From positions 96,001 to 160,000 of the IMG/VR virus record IMGVR_UViG_3300005590_000001: DNA of 64,000 nucleotides; one strand, 5' to 3'. Below are positions 9,986 through 21,057 of this stretch, piece after piece. The notes under the pieces were generated by a model. That model made no database searches and was not told the origin of the DNA. It saw nothing but the letters and a program-made list of their open reading frames with translations. Both the position numbers and the translations under genes were made by a program. Each line of letters opens with the position of its first letter. Position 1 is the first letter of the stretch. The stretch is from a virus.

Positions 9986-11062
9986 ATGACTACTAATGTT
10001 AGATTGCATTATCCATCTCAAGCTGCTTACATCAAAGAAGATGGAGCTTCTGGTGCATACACCTATATTCACGGTATGCAATCGGGTAGTGATAATGCTG
10101 ATATTCCAACGGAAAATATTAATACTTGGGGACAGTCTAGCCCTTACGAAATTATTGAAGATACTCCAGAAGTGAGTATTGATTTTGAACGAGTTTTAGA
10201 CGGATGTGCGCCTATTTATCTTTTGGCTAGCCAAGGAGCTGCTTCAGCTACTATTTCTGGTCGAGAAGGTGTTAAATCTGTTGTTGCAATCGGTATGTAT
10301 AACTCCGCAAATAGTTATGCAAATGGATCTACACTGAGAACTGTTGAATTCTCCGGAGTTCAAATTTCTTCTGTGGGTTACACCTTTAATGTTGACGGTG
10401 CATTTACTGAAAACGTTTCTTTTGTTGGAAACGAACGAAGTTTTGCTGAGGGCGGATCAGAACTTTACGGTTCTATTCCTTCCGATCCAACATCTGGTGG
10501 AGCTGATGAACCATGTGCATTAACTGGATGTAGCGGTGGTGTTCAGCTTAAAGAAAATCTGAAATATAATGGTACGTATCCAACTTTACTACCAACAGTA
10601 ATTCCCGGAGTTTCTTCTAGCGGTACGGTAGCAATTGCTGCTGATAACATTCCAACTGTGCCAGTTCAGAGTATTTCGATTTCTGCAGACTTCGGTCGAG
10701 AAACGATCTCTATTCTTGGTGCACGTGGTGCTTATGCTAGAACAGCTACATTCCCGATTGAAGTAACATGTGATATTGAAATTCTGTCTCAAAGTGGAGA
10801 CGGTATTAATATTACAGAACTTGGCGTGTTCGATGGTTGTGACTATGCAAACGCTCCATATCAACGAATTAGAGTTGCCACTGACGGCGGTTTAATCATT
10901 GATCTTGGTAATCGTAATAAACTGACAAGTATTGCTCAGACTCACGGTGATACCGGTGGTGGGAATGCTACTTATACTCTTTCCTTTGTTGGTCAGAGTG
11001 TGATGTCGGTCTTCCATCAACAGGACCCAAGCGCGATTGTGTATTCCGGCTTCTGGCAATAA
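9986..11062 (+). CDS. Major tail tube protein
   Basis: Strong RBS, downstream terminator, beta-rich with two similar halves (IHGMQS..ENINTWGQ..Y / VPVQS..ETISILG..Y), upstream of chaperones and TMP. Confidence 0.7.
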   Translation: MTTNVRLHYPSQAAYIKEDGASGAYTYIHGMQSGSDNADIPTENINTWGQSSPYEIIEDTPEVSIDFERVLDGCAPIYLLASQGAASATISGREGVKSVVAIGMYNSANSYANGSTLRTVEFSGVQISSVGYTFNVDGAFTENVSFVGNERSFAEGGSELYGSIPSDPTSGGADEPCALTGCSGGVQLKENLKYNGTYPTLLPTVIPGVSSSGTVAIAADNIPTVPVQSISISADFGRETISILGARGAYARTATFPIEVTCDIEILSQSGDGINITELGVFDGCDYANAPYQRIRVATDGGLIIDLGNRNKLTSIAQTHGDTGGGNATYTLSFVGQSVMSVFHQQDPSAIVYSGFWQ

Positions 11063-11088
11063 TAATCGTCAATTTAGGATTCTTAGGA

Positions 11089-11127
11089 ATGCATCGTGGC
11101 TGCTTTATGTGGTCACGATGTATTTTT
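11089..11127 (+). terminator. Intrinsic terminator after the tail tube gene
   Basis: ATGCATCGTGGCTGC-TTTAT-GTGGTCACGATGTAT stem (with G-U pairs) followed by a T run. Confidence 0.75.
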
Positions 11128-11135
11128 GTAAAAAG

Positions 11136-11999
11136 ATGCAGGATTTTTTATTATTTAGGATATTATTAGGGAAATTAGAATATAGGAAAACATTTATTAA
11201 AGATCCAACTTTTGAAATTAAGTATAAAGGTAGTCGTAGATACGATAAAGTTTTTAATAAATGTCAAACTCAAGATTTAATCAGCGATCAAGATGTTTAC
11301 ATCCTTTTATGCAAGGATGGTAAGTGGTCTTTGAAGGACCAAAAAGAATTAGATGACTTACCACGAAAAATTGAAAATCAAAAGATAGAATACTTTAATA
11401 GTTATTATAACCCAACATTACGCCGCAATAGTAAATACAAATTAGAAACTTATTATCGGCGTTATGAAGAGTTGAGTTTGATTAGAAATAAATTCTATTA
11501 TATGACGGCCGAGGGTATTGCCAACGGCGCTATGTGGATGGAAATGATCCAATTGATGTATAAGGGTAGCGATATTTATCCTGCTTTAAACTTTTATAGA
11601 GAGCATAATATTTCCGATAAACAAATCCGTGATATAGCTCTATCGGATAATTGGAGTTCTTATACAGCTGCTGGTAAAAATATTTTAGGCAAACCAACCG
11701 TTAAAATGACTGATTATCAAAGATCTTTATTATCTTGGAGTGCAGTATATCGTAACTGCCGTAACAATCCAGATTGTCCACCGGATAATATCTTTCGTGA
11801 TCATGATGCATTTGACGGATGGTTAATTTTAGAATCTAGAAAGAGTAAAGCAGAACGTAGAATGGCTCCATCAAGCAAAGGTATCCGAAGTGATGCTAAA
11901 AATGTTTATACGTTTGTGCAGACTAAAGAAGATGCGGAAGACGTATTGGCACTTAACAGTGGCAATAATTATCATAAAGTTAAACAGATATGCGGATAA
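11136..11999 (+). CDS. Hypothetical, possible tail assembly factor
   Basis: Start moved to the ATG after the terminator; PDCPPDNIFRDHDAFDGWLI motif. Confidence 0.5.
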   Translation: MQDFLLFRILLGKLEYRKTFIKDPTFEIKYKGSRRYDKVFNKCQTQDLISDQDVYILLCKDGKWSLKDQKELDDLPRKIENQKIEYFNSYYNPTLRRNSKYKLETYYRRYEELSLIRNKFYYMTAEGIANGAMWMEMIQLMYKGSDIYPALNFYREHNISDKQIRDIALSDNWSSYTAAGKNILGKPTVKMTDYQRSLLSWSAVYRNCRNNPDCPPDNIFRDHDAFDGWLILESRKSKAERRMAPSSKGIRSDAKNVYTFVQTKEDAEDVLALNSGNNYHKVKQICG

Positions 12000-12220
12000 A
12001 TTTTGTAGATGCGGAGAAAGCTATTAAAACAACTATGGTTGGAGCTTTAACGTTTATTGAAGAACAATTAGGTGATTTATGGGGTCATAAGAAATCTGAA
12101 GATTTTACCCCAGAAGAAGAAGCAAATTATGATAAATTTATGTCAGCGAGAGACAAAATTTTAAACTTAGGTCATGATCAAATTGAAAGATTAAAGTACA
12201 AAGGAAGAAATAAAAGATGA
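11990..12220 (+). CDS. Small hypothetical protein
   Basis: Overlapping, coupled ORF. Confidence 0.55.
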   Translation: MRINFVDAEKAIKTTMVGALTFIEEQLGDLWGHKKSEDFTPEEEANYDKFMSARDKILNLGHDQIERLKYKGRNKR

Positions 12221-12939
12221 AAGAATTTACTATTGAGGGAAAGACATACTTTCTTAAGAACCCAACTAACAATTCAGTGTTGGAGTCCGAAGCTAATATG
12301 TATTCCGCGCGCGTATTCGCTAAGTTAGTGAAAGCAAAAGATGATGACGGCGAGCATATGTATATTATGCGATCACAATTAGAAGACTTTTTAAAGTCAG
12401 TTGGTGTTTATAGTCAGGATGAATTAAACTCTATCATGGAGATTAATAAGGAAATTGGCGAACTTGAGGCAAAGATTAAGAACGGCGGTGATCTTAAAGA
12501 AGGAACTGAAGCGGCTATTAAACTTAAAAATCTGCGACTATCTCTTTTGATTCTTTTAACTCGTAAATTCGAATATGATAAATATACGGTAGAGCACAAT
12601 GTTGAGAATGCCAAATTTGATTTTCTCATTACAAAGTGTATTTTAAATGAAGAGAAAAAACCGGTCTTTGAGAGTGTAGACGACTACAAAGAGAATGAAG
12701 AATTGCGAGTTGACATGCGGCCAATGATTGAAGCTTTGGCTGAAATGACAAGTTCATTTGATAGTCAATTTGAAGAAAAGTTGCCGGAAAATCAATTCTT
12801 GAAAAAATATAAATTGTGTGATGACCAATTTAATGTTTTGGAAGAAGATAAAACTGAACAGGCTGAAAATCCTGAATCACCAGTCGGTGAATTTACAGAA
12901 AAGAAAAAACCTGTTAGAAAGCGTACGACTAAAAAGTAG
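12217..12939 (+). CDS. Putative tail assembly chaperone
   Basis: Immediately upstream of TMP; acidic/helical; FTIEGKTYFLK start and KCILNEEKKPVF motif. Confidence 0.55.
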   Translation: MKEFTIEGKTYFLKNPTNNSVLESEANMYSARVFAKLVKAKDDDGEHMYIMRSQLEDFLKSVGVYSQDELNSIMEINKEIGELEAKIKNGGDLKEGTEAAIKLKNLRLSLLILLTRKFEYDKYTVEHNVENAKFDFLITKCILNEEKKPVFESVDDYKENEELRVDMRPMIEALAEMTSSFDSQFEEKLPENQFLKKYKLCDDQFNVLEEDKTEQAENPESPVGEFTEKKKPVRKRTTKK

Positions 12940-12949
12940 GTAAGTAATT

Positions 12950-15900
12950 ATGGCTGCCGATTTTAACCTGCAGGGTGAAATTCAGATTCAACTAGCTAAG
13001 AATGCTGGTAATAAACTCAAACAAGAAATTCAGGGTTTAGAAGCTGAAATTAATTTGGGCGATAAAAGTATTGACTCACTGGTCAAGAAAATTAAAGCAA
13101 TTAAAAAAGTACCGGTGTCTTTACGGGTTTCGAACCAAGCGACATATGATAAGAATTTTGCACCTAAAACGGTTAAGGTTAAATTAGAACTCTTAAATTC
13201 TGAATTAGTTAGTAGTAAGGCAATTAAAGCCGCCGTTTCTAAAAATGCAAAATCGGTAGCCAAAACAACTTCTGATATTCTCAGGGAGAATGGTAAGGGC
13301 GCTGCAGCAGCGTTACGTCAGGATCTTGAAAGAGAATATCCTAGAATGCGTAAATTGTTGGAGCGTATTTTTGATTTAGGATCACAACCTGAAAGTAAGT
13401 TCTTTAAAACTATTCAAAATCAAGTTTTGGACTTACAAAAAACACTTGGTAAAGATGCTGGAATCGGAGATCTTGTCGATAGTTTAGTAAATCGATTTAA
13501 GGGCTTTGATTCTCGTTCTACCAGTAATCTCGTCAAAGGGTTAGAATCTGTTTATCGCGCTTTTGGTCAACTAGATCGATTGGAAAAAGACTTTCAGGGT
13601 CTCAATCTTGTAAATCCTGAAATAGATAAGGCCCGCGAGCAGATTTTCAATTTATTAAATTCTGTGGATGCTGGTAATCTAACTGCTTTAGAAACAAATG
13701 TTAAAAATGCGATAAAACCATTACGCGACGGACTTACTCAAGCTGTTCGCGATGCTAGAAGCTTTGATACTTTATTGAGTGGTTTAAAGCAACGTCGTAC
13801 AAATCTCATTGTTGCTGGTCAAGGCGCCAATTCTTCAGCCATCAGTCAAATTGATCAACAGATCAAAACCGTCCAAAAATTACAAACGGCTGGTAAAACT
13901 TTTGGTCAAGCTAGAGACAGCGATAGTTTCCGCGAAGCTTTTGCAAATGCCAAAGAAGCTCAAAGAGTTACTGATGAGGGTCGTAGAGCGTTAGAGGCTT
14001 TACGTAAATATGAAATTGATTTTAAATCATCTGATTTGATTGATTCAGAAGCGGCGCAAATCTTGCAAGCTGGTTCTCGTATTACAAAAGCTTTTGCTCG
14101 TAGTGAAAAAGCGATTGCAGATGCTAAAAAGAATTTTGCAGGCGCCAATGTTACTGAGCTACGTCAAAAGGGTGCGGCAGAATTACGGCAGATTCCTCAA
14201 TCTGTAGAGAAGTTACAAGGTGTTTTAGATACTATTGATATTTTAGGTAACGACCTAATTCAAAAGGGTATTGACCCAGCTATTATCGGCGTAGATGAAT
14301 TTCGTGCTAAGCTTGTAAATCTAGCTAAGTCTGATGCTCCATTAAATAAGATTACTAAAGAACTAAGCTTTATGCAAAATGAGCTTAAGGCTAGCGAACG
14401 TAGCTTTCGTAATATGGAAAGCTTACTAATCAATATTGACCGTATTGGTGAAACTGCTTTTCAAAGCTTTGCTGGCGGTAAAGACTTTTCTGGAGTTGTT
14501 CCGGCGCTAGAAGCTGCTAAAAAGAATATTCAATCTGGACTTAATAAAAGCGAAAGAGAGCTTAAGGCTCAATTTAACAAAGATGTCATTAATGTTCGAG
14601 ATAGAGAAAAGCTTAACACGTTAATCAATAACAATATATTTGGATTTCAAGATGCGGCAGCTGGTGGACGTCCAGATCAAAGAGGTGCTTTTGAACGAGT
14701 AGAGCGTGATTTTCGTTCTTTTGTAGATCAGGTTGTTTCTGGTGGTGAGCCAGTACGCCGACAATATACTAAGATTAAAGATGCGTTAAAACAGTTCAAT
14801 GCTGAAGCTGTAATTCTTAAAGAAGGTGGCTTTCTTAATGCTTTCGCAAAATCTACTGGTATTGCCGTTAAACGGTTAAGCGCCTTCTTAGTTTTTGGTC
14901 CAGCTCTATATTCTTTGCAATCTGGTTTATTGAGAACATTTAGTGCAGCTTTATCACTTGAAACACAATTTGCCAAAGTTGAACAAATTCTCAGTAAGAA
15001 TGTTTCTTTGACCGGTTCTGCTAGTTCAGAAACAGCAAGATTAACAGATTTTGTTTTCAACTTATCAAAATCATATGGCGTTGCTTCATCAGAAATTGCA
15101 CAAACTACTAAACTTATTGCACAAACTGGTAAGAGTGGTAGGGAATTAGAGCAAATTCTTACTGCCTTGACTAAGAGTGCATTAGGTCCTACTTTTGCCG
15201 ATATTAATCAAACCGGTGAAGCGGCTATCGCAATTCTGAATCAGTTCAGTATTAAAGGTGAAAAATTAGAAGAGGTACTCGGTGGCATTGCACGAGTCTC
15301 TGGATCTTTTGCTGTTGAAGCAGAAGGTATTGCTACTGCTGTACGTAAAGCTGGTGGTGCTTTTTCTGCAGCGTCACCCGGCGATGGCACTGGAGTCTTT
15401 GGTGAATTTGTTTCGGCGTTTACGGTTATTAAAGAGCAAACACGAGAAGCTGACGAGGCGATTGCTACTGGTCTTCGTAATATTTCTATTAGATTACAAC
15501 GTGGTAGCATTCAAAAATTCTTAAAAAAGGAACTCAATGTTGATCTGGTAAAAGGTGGTCAATTTATTGGTATTGATGCTTCAATTAAAGCTATTGGTGA
15601 ATCCTTACGTAAATTAAATATTGAGGCGGGCAGTCCAGTCTTTTCTAATATCATTGAAAAAATTGCTGGTGCAAGACAGTTTGCTAGATTGCAACCGTTG
15701 ATTTTAGGTTATGAACGGCTTGATGAAGTACAAAGGGTGTATGCTGAGGGAGCTAAGGGTGAATTAGATAAAGATGTTGGAATTGCTCTGGAAACAACCG
15801 CTTCCAAACTAACGCGGCTTTCTGAAACTTTTCAAGAATTTGCCAATTCTGTAATTAACACAACGGCATTCAAAATTCTAGTAGATGGATTTACTGGCGT

Positions 15901-18900
15901 AGCAAAAATATTAACTAATATTATCAGCCTTGTCAATAGTTTACCCGGACAAGTTCTTACTGGTATATTAGCCCTTAAAGCTTTATCTTCTCAACGCACA
16001 AAGATTCTTAGTGACATCTTTTTACGCGGTCTTGGGAGTCCTAGAGAAGGATCTTTTGCTATTCCGGGTAGAAATAGTGGGGGAATCATTCCCGGTGGTG
16101 GTCCAGATAAAGATAGTGTACTGACATATCTTACAAAGGGTGAATATGTTATTCCTCGTAAGTCGGTAAAGAAATATGGTGTTGATTTTCTTGATGCTTT
16201 AAGGCGTGGAGTTATCCCATCATATAATGTTGGTGGTGAAGTCGGCAAACAAGCGGTTCAATCTAGTTTCCAGCGACCAAATACTGGAATCGTTGGTGAT
16301 ATTAAAGCTCTACGCAGTATTTTACGTACGTTCCTTAGTTCTTTTAAAGACTTACCGCCAGAAGTTGCTGAAATGGTCAAGGCTGTACGTGTTAGAACCA
16401 TTTCTGAAAAACAACAATTTAAAATTAAAACTGGTGATAATAGAACAGTAACACGGTCTGGATCTCAATTAGCTGGTGTTGCATCTAAAACTGGTAAAAC
16501 TGTATATTTAAATCCTAAAACAGCTACTGGATTTACACCTTTACACGAAGGTGGACATATTATTGATCGTGCTTTAGGTGCTTCAACCGGTCGATCTGGA
16601 ACAGCTAGCTCGCAAAAAGATACTTTTCAACATAAAGTCGCAACAGAAATTCGTAAATCTTATATTGCGGCAGGTAAAACTTCCAAGTATAGATTGACTC
16701 AAGAAGAAATTTTTGCAGATGTTTTGGCAAAAACAACAGATGAAGCTAAACAAATTCTTACTAATACTACAGATGTAAAAACTGGATCCGCCCAACTTGC
16801 TGAATTATTCACAAAGTTAGGTGATGGGCCTATTACTGGGTTAGCTGATTTGAATGCTAGTAATTTTGGCGGAGGAGCAAAACCACCAAGTAAACCACCA
16901 ACTGGGGGAGGTCCACCATCATTCCCTAATGATCCAAATGATCCTAATAATCGTAGATCTAATGCAATTGCAAGAGCGAATGCTCGAAGACAAAGACAGG
17001 CAGCGGGAGGAGGAGGTTTGCCTCCATCTCCTCCTAATAATAAATTATTAGGAACTGGACAAAAGTTATCAAATGTATTTAGTAAATTAACACAGACTGG
17101 ATATGGTAGAATAGCAGTGGGCGGCGCCCTTATTGCCTCAATGGGTGCTCTTGCATCTACCTCAGATGATACCAAAGATTCATTTTATAAAATGACTTCA
17201 ATTATAACTGAAACTTTGGGAGCTATTGCATTAGTTAATTTTCTTTTAAAAACTGAATTTGTCAAAGGCGCATTAGCAAAAGTTGCTGGTCCAAAATTAG
17301 CAAAATCTATACCACTATTGGCAACCGGTGCTATTATAGCTTATCAGGGTTTAAAATTAGTTAGTGAAATTGCAAAACAAAGAGCAGAAGCAGATTTGAA
17401 AGCTGCTACATCCGCGGGAGAGTTTGCGAATGCTTTAGCAAGGATACAGACTTATGATCTTGGAAATGTTACTAGTGGGTTTGGTGATGCTATATTGTCT
17501 ACTTTTCAGAAAAAAGGATTTTTTGGTGGTTTCGGTAGTTTACTCAAAACACCATTCGGCGACTCTGATATTGATAAACAATTTAGAAAAAATCTCATTC
17601 CGCCCGGAACTGGATTACGCGCTGTTGGCGATTTTAATATTAGAGAAGTAGAGCGTATTTTAGAACAAAGACAAGCTGCCGGAGTTACTGGCGGTATAGG
17701 TGTCGGTGTTGAATCAAAAGTTTTCGGTACTATTGCTACTCTTCCAGAATTAATTAAAGATTTAAGAGCTTCTGGTAATCTAGATGCTAATCGAGAAGGT
17801 TTTAGGGATCAAGCTAATCAATTAAGTGCTATTCTTAAAAAACTAAGTGCAGAAGATTTTGATAGAATTAGTACTAATTTAAAAAACATTGGATTTGACT
17901 CTGCCACTATTTTTAAAGAACTTGGTATAGATATTTTAAAAGAAGCAAATATCGCTCGTGCGTTTGATAGTGTTGGAGCTTTTCTTGATAATTTAGAAAA
18001 GGTAGCCCAAGGAGCCAATGCTCGTTTGACTGGTCTAGATGCAAACCTTCAACAAATTTTAAATGCGAATGAAGGCAAGGCTTCAGTTGCTGCTGGATTC
18101 TTTGATAATGCCAAAAGAGGTTTTGGAGCAAGTCCAGAAGTTGTGCAATCTTTACGAGACGTTGCGACAGTTGATCCAAATTTAGCAAAAGCTGCACAAG
18201 CAGAAATTCAAAATGCTTTCTCAGCCAGAACTCTTTCTAGACAAGTTTCCTCTAACCAAATTAATGTTAACGAAGCGAAAGATATTGATACGTTGATTGA
18301 AGGTTTGCGGCAACGTTTTGGTAATTTGGGAGGATCTGGAGAAGTCTTTGAAACTTTCTTACGTAGTCAGCAAACTCAATTAGAAGAGGCGTTGGTTGGG
18401 GGTAGTTTTGACCCTAAGAAAATTAATGATGTAATTGAATCATTCATAAATGATTTGGATAAAGGTAACACTGATGCCGTAGCTAAATGGAAGTCTACGC
18501 AACAAAGTTATCTTGACAGTTTAACAGATTTAACCAATCAAAGATTAGAACTTGAACAAAAAATAATTGGTAGATTAAATAAAGGTGTAGACTTACAACA
18601 ACAATCTTTAGAATTTAGAAGACGGGCTAGAGGTCAGACTGGTCCATTAAGTGCTCAGCAAGCTGCTGGTTTTCAAAATCAACAATTGAATAATCTTTTG
18701 TTAGGCACCGGTATCCAAGATACCAGTGTTGCAGGATTGAGTAAGTCTTTACGTTCTACAGATGAAAGTATTGCAGGATTGCGTGGCGTGCGCAATAGTC
18801 AAAATGATATTGCTAAGCAACAAGGTATTCGTGAGAAAATAGTTAGTGCTTTAGAATATATTGCTGACGGTGGAACAACCTTTGAAAGTGCTATGGAAAG

Positions 18901-19600
18901 ATTTAATAAGGCGGCAGAAAAAGCAGCAGCTTCATCTGATAGATTGACCAATGCTATGACTGGCACTGATGCCCAATTTATTGAAACAATTAAAGCACAA
19001 GCGGCATTTAATCAAGTTACGTCTGCTAGTTCACCAGAACAAGCTAGAGCTTTACTGCTTGGATTTGGCGACGAGGTTCGTGCTGGAGTCGGTCAAATAG
19101 CCGGATCTTCCACAGAGAATAAAGAACTTTTACAATCTTCTCTTGGAACTTCTCCACTTGCGGCTGCTTCTCCTGAAGCTAAGGCTGTACAAGAAGAATT
19201 TAAGAAACGGCAAGAAGCTAATAATGTTCTCATTGGATCTCAAGCAAGTTTGATTGAGTCAAATAATAAGTTGTCAAATACTATTGAACGATCCTATCAA
19301 CTACAAACGAATATGGTGAATCAATTTGCTCAAGCTGCAGATAAAGCAGCTCAAGCTTTCGCGAATATCCCGAATGAAGTCAATCATAATTTTAATGTTG
19401 GTCCGATCGTAATGCGTTTTGAGGGAGCCGCTGCTCTCAACAATCTGAACGAAGCCGTTGGAACTCTTGTTGAGGGGCAAATTAATGAAGCGATCAATAA
19501 CTTTGGGAATGATTTACAAAGACAAAATAAAGGTATCAAAGTTTCTGCGGCTCAACAAAAACAACGTGGTGCTAATGCGGGTAAATTTGGACAAGCATAA
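12950..19600 (+). CDS. Tape measure protein with internal HExxH metallopeptidase-like domain
   Basis: 2216 aa, A/Q/K/L-rich helical; TP901-type core around aa 660-1010; GGIIPG..DSV..LTKGEYVI motif; HEGGH...EEIFAD; hydrophobic segments. Confidence 0.9.
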   Translation: MAADFNLQGEIQIQLAKNAGNKLKQEIQGLEAEINLGDKSIDSLVKKIKAIKKVPVSLRVSNQATYDKNFAPKTVKVKLELLNSELVSSKAIKAAVSKNAKSVAKTTSDILRENGKGAAAALRQDLEREYPRMRKLLERIFDLGSQPESKFFKTIQNQVLDLQKTLGKDAGIGDLVDSLVNRFKGFDSRSTSNLVKGLESVYRAFGQLDRLEKDFQGLNLVNPEIDKAREQIFNLLNSVDAGNLTALETNVKNAIKPLRDGLTQAVRDARSFDTLLSGLKQRRTNLIVAGQGANSSAISQIDQQIKTVQKLQTAGKTFGQARDSDSFREAFANAKEAQRVTDEGRRALEALRKYEIDFKSSDLIDSEAAQILQAGSRITKAFARSEKAIADAKKNFAGANVTELRQKGAAELRQIPQSVEKLQGVLDTIDILGNDLIQKGIDPAIIGVDEFRAKLVNLAKSDAPLNKITKELSFMQNELKASERSFRNMESLLINIDRIGETAFQSFAGGKDFSGVVPALEAAKKNIQSGLNKSERELKAQFNKDVINVRDREKLNTLINNNIFGFQDAAAGGRPDQRGAFERVERDFRSFVDQVVSGGEPVRRQYTKIKDALKQFNAEAVILKEGGFLNAFAKSTGIAVKRLSAFLVFGPALYSLQSGLLRTFSAALSLETQFAKVEQILSKNVSLTGSASSETARLTDFVFNLSKSYGVASSEIAQTTKLIAQTGKSGRELEQILTALTKSALGPTFADINQTGEAAIAILNQFSIKGEKLEEVLGGIARVSGSFAVEAEGIATAVRKAGGAFSAASPGDGTGVFGEFVSAFTVIKEQTREADEAIATGLRNISIRLQRGSIQKFLKKELNVDLVKGGQFIGIDASIKAIGESLRKLNIEAGSPVFSNIIEKIAGARQFARLQPLILGYERLDEVQRVYAEGAKGELDKDVGIALETTASKLTRLSETFQEFANSVINTTAFKILVDGFTGVAKILTNIISLVNSLPGQVLTGILALKALSSQRTKILSDIFLRGLGSPREGSFAIPGRNSGGIIPGGGPDKDSVLTYLTKGEYVIPRKSVKKYGVDFLDALRRGVIPSYNVGGEVGKQAVQSSFQRPNTGIVGDIKALRSILRTFLSSFKDLPPEVAEMVKAVRVRTISEKQQFKIKTGDNRTVTRSGSQLAGVASKTGKTVYLNPKTATGFTPLHEGGHIIDRALGASTGRSGTASSQKDTFQHKVATEIRKSYIAAGKTSKYRLTQEEIFADVLAKTTDEAKQILTNTTDVKTGSAQLAELFTKLGDGPITGLADLNASNFGGGAKPPSKPPTGGGPPSFPNDPNDPNNRRSNAIARANARRQRQAAGGGGLPPSPPNNKLLGTGQKLSNVFSKLTQTGYGRIAVGGALIASMGALASTSDDTKDSFYKMTSIITETLGAIALVNFLLKTEFVKGALAKVAGPKLAKSIPLLATGAIIAYQGLKLVSEIAKQRAEADLKAATSAGEFANALARIQTYDLGNVTSGFGDAILSTFQKKGFFGGFGSLLKTPFGDSDIDKQFRKNLIPPGTGLRAVGDFNIREVERILEQRQAAGVTGGIGVGVESKVFGTIATLPELIKDLRASGNLDANREGFRDQANQLSAILKKLSAEDFDRISTNLKNIGFDSATIFKELGIDILKEANIARAFDSVGAFLDNLEKVAQGANARLTGLDANLQQILNANEGKASVAAGFFDNAKRGFGASPEVVQSLRDVATVDPNLAKAAQAEIQNAFSARTLSRQVSSNQINVNEAKDIDTLIEGLRQRFGNLGGSGEVFETFLRSQQTQLEEALVGGSFDPKKINDVIESFINDLDKGNTDAVAKWKSTQQSYLDSLTDLTNQRLELEQKIIGRLNKGVDLQQQSLEFRRRARGQTGPLSAQQAAGFQNQQLNNLLLGTGIQDTSVAGLSKSLRSTDESIAGLRGVRNSQNDIAKQQGIREKIVSALEYIADGGTTFESAMERFNKAAEKAAASSDRLTNAMTGTDAQFIETIKAQAAFNQVTSASSPEQARALLLGFGDEVRAGVGQIAGSSTENKELLQSSLGTSPLAAASPEAKAVQEEFKKRQEANNVLIGSQASLIESNNKLSNTIERSYQLQTNMVNQFAQAADKAAQAFANIPNEVNHNFNVGPIVMRFEGAAALNNLNEAVGTLVEGQINEAINNFGNDLQRQNKGIKVSAAQQKQRGANAGKFGQA

Positions 19601-21057
19601 TGTCAAGCAAAGTAACTTACAATAATAAATATTTAGAACCTGTTCAATCAGTTGCTATCAGCGTAGATCCATCGAGAACCGATGCTGGTGTGCGGTATAA
19701 TAGTCGTTATAATATAACGATTAGTGGTACCATTTTGGCATATAAAGGATCGCCTACTACCAGCGGAACATTTGGTGCGTTTGGCCCAGATGTTTGCGAA
19801 ACTATCGGCGAAAATGAATATGCCGATGCCATTATGGCAAAAAGATGTGCTATTGAATCTTTGTTTAATGAAGACAACAAACAGCTGTATCTTGGAACAG
19901 AAACTGGCGGAAACCCGCTAACCTGTTATCCAAGACTAATTAATTTTACACTTGCAGATTCTACCAATCCTGTTTATGCTCCTTATACTATTGAGTTAGA
20001 AGCAGACACTGTCTATTGTGGCAATTCTTCTATTGATCCAACTGGAGATAGCTGTGTAAGAAGTTACAGCGAAACTTGGGATATTGAATTTGACGATTCT
20101 TTAAAACTTAATTATTATGGTGATAATCGAGTTTTCAGAATAACTCATACCGTGAGTGCTGAGGGTGGCGTAGTTGCTGATAGCGGCGGGAATATTCTAG
20201 ATCCGCTTGATTGTGCGCGAAACTTCGTGTGTAATCGTATCGCCGATAACGCTTTGGTCCCCGATAATTGCATGCCGGATTTTACTGGATGTCCGACCAA
20301 ATTAAACTACGTGGACGTTCACAATATAGATGCGATCGCCGGATCGTATTCAGTTACTGAATCTTGGGTTTGTTCTTCCTCAAATTATGTAGATAATTAC
20401 ACGGTTGAACTTACACAAGATAATAAAGCATCCTGTCCGACTGTTTCCGTTAACGGCGAAGTGACAGGATTTGATACAAGAGTGAGCGGCGTAGTAGCGT
20501 CTGGAGACAGTGCTTATTCCCGTGCCGTCACCTATTTTAATAGTATTGATTCATCTGGAATTCTAAGTCGTGCCGAAGCATATACTAATTTAGATCTGGA
20601 TGACAATTATGTTTCTCGTTCTGTAAGTCTCAATCCATTTGTTGGCACTGTGGGCTACCAATACACATTTAAGAGACGTCCGATCAAACGTATTCCGAGT
20701 GCTACTTGGGAAAATATTACTCTGACTAATAATTGGGGTGAGGAAACACACTCTATTGCTAATATTTTAGGACAAGGTGAAATTATTCAAAAACTTGGTT
20801 CCGTAAAAGTATTAAAACGTAGTTTAAACATTGAAGCAACGTTCCCATGCGGAACTGGATTTCCAATTGATGGACCAAGATTTCACTCTACATATGCTAC
20901 AGATTTACAGAATGTGGTGGACTTGTATGATCCTTATAATAGATCTGGCTATGATGTTGTAGCGGTTGAATCTCAAAATGAGAATTGGGCTGAAGCAGAC
21001 GGTAGTTATACATATAGTGTTTCTTGGGTTATGCAACCTACAGGGATTTGCGTATAA
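19600..21057 (+). CDS. Putative distal tail/baseplate protein
   Basis: Directly after TMP; beta-rich with repeated YSETW/VTESW-type strands. Confidence 0.55.
   Translation: MSSKVTYNNKYLEPVQSVAISVDPSRTDAGVRYNSRYNITISGTILAYKGSPTTSGTFGAFGPDVCETIGENEYADAIMAKRCAIESLFNEDNKQLYLGTETGGNPLTCYPRLINFTLADSTNPVYAPYTIELEADTVYCGNSSIDPTGDSCVRSYSETWDIEFDDSLKLNYYGDNRVFRITHTVSAEGGVVADSGGNILDPLDCARNFVCNRIADNALVPDNCMPDFTGCPTKLNYVDVHNIDAIAGSYSVTESWVCSSSNYVDNYTVELTQDNKASCPTVSVNGEVTGFDTRVSGVVASGDSAYSRAVTYFNSIDSSGILSRAEAYTNLDLDDNYVSRSVSLNPFVGTVGYQYTFKRRPIKRIPSATWENITLTNNWGEETHSIANILGQGEIIQKLGSVKVLKRSLNIEATFPCGTGFPIDGPRFHSTYATDLQNVVDLYDPYNRSGYDVVAVESQNENWAEADGSYTYSVSWVMQPTGICV

Noticed and set aside
11037-11135. N-terminal extension of the 11037 ORF
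   Set aside because: It overlaps the tube gene end and the terminator; the ATG at 11136 is more plausible.
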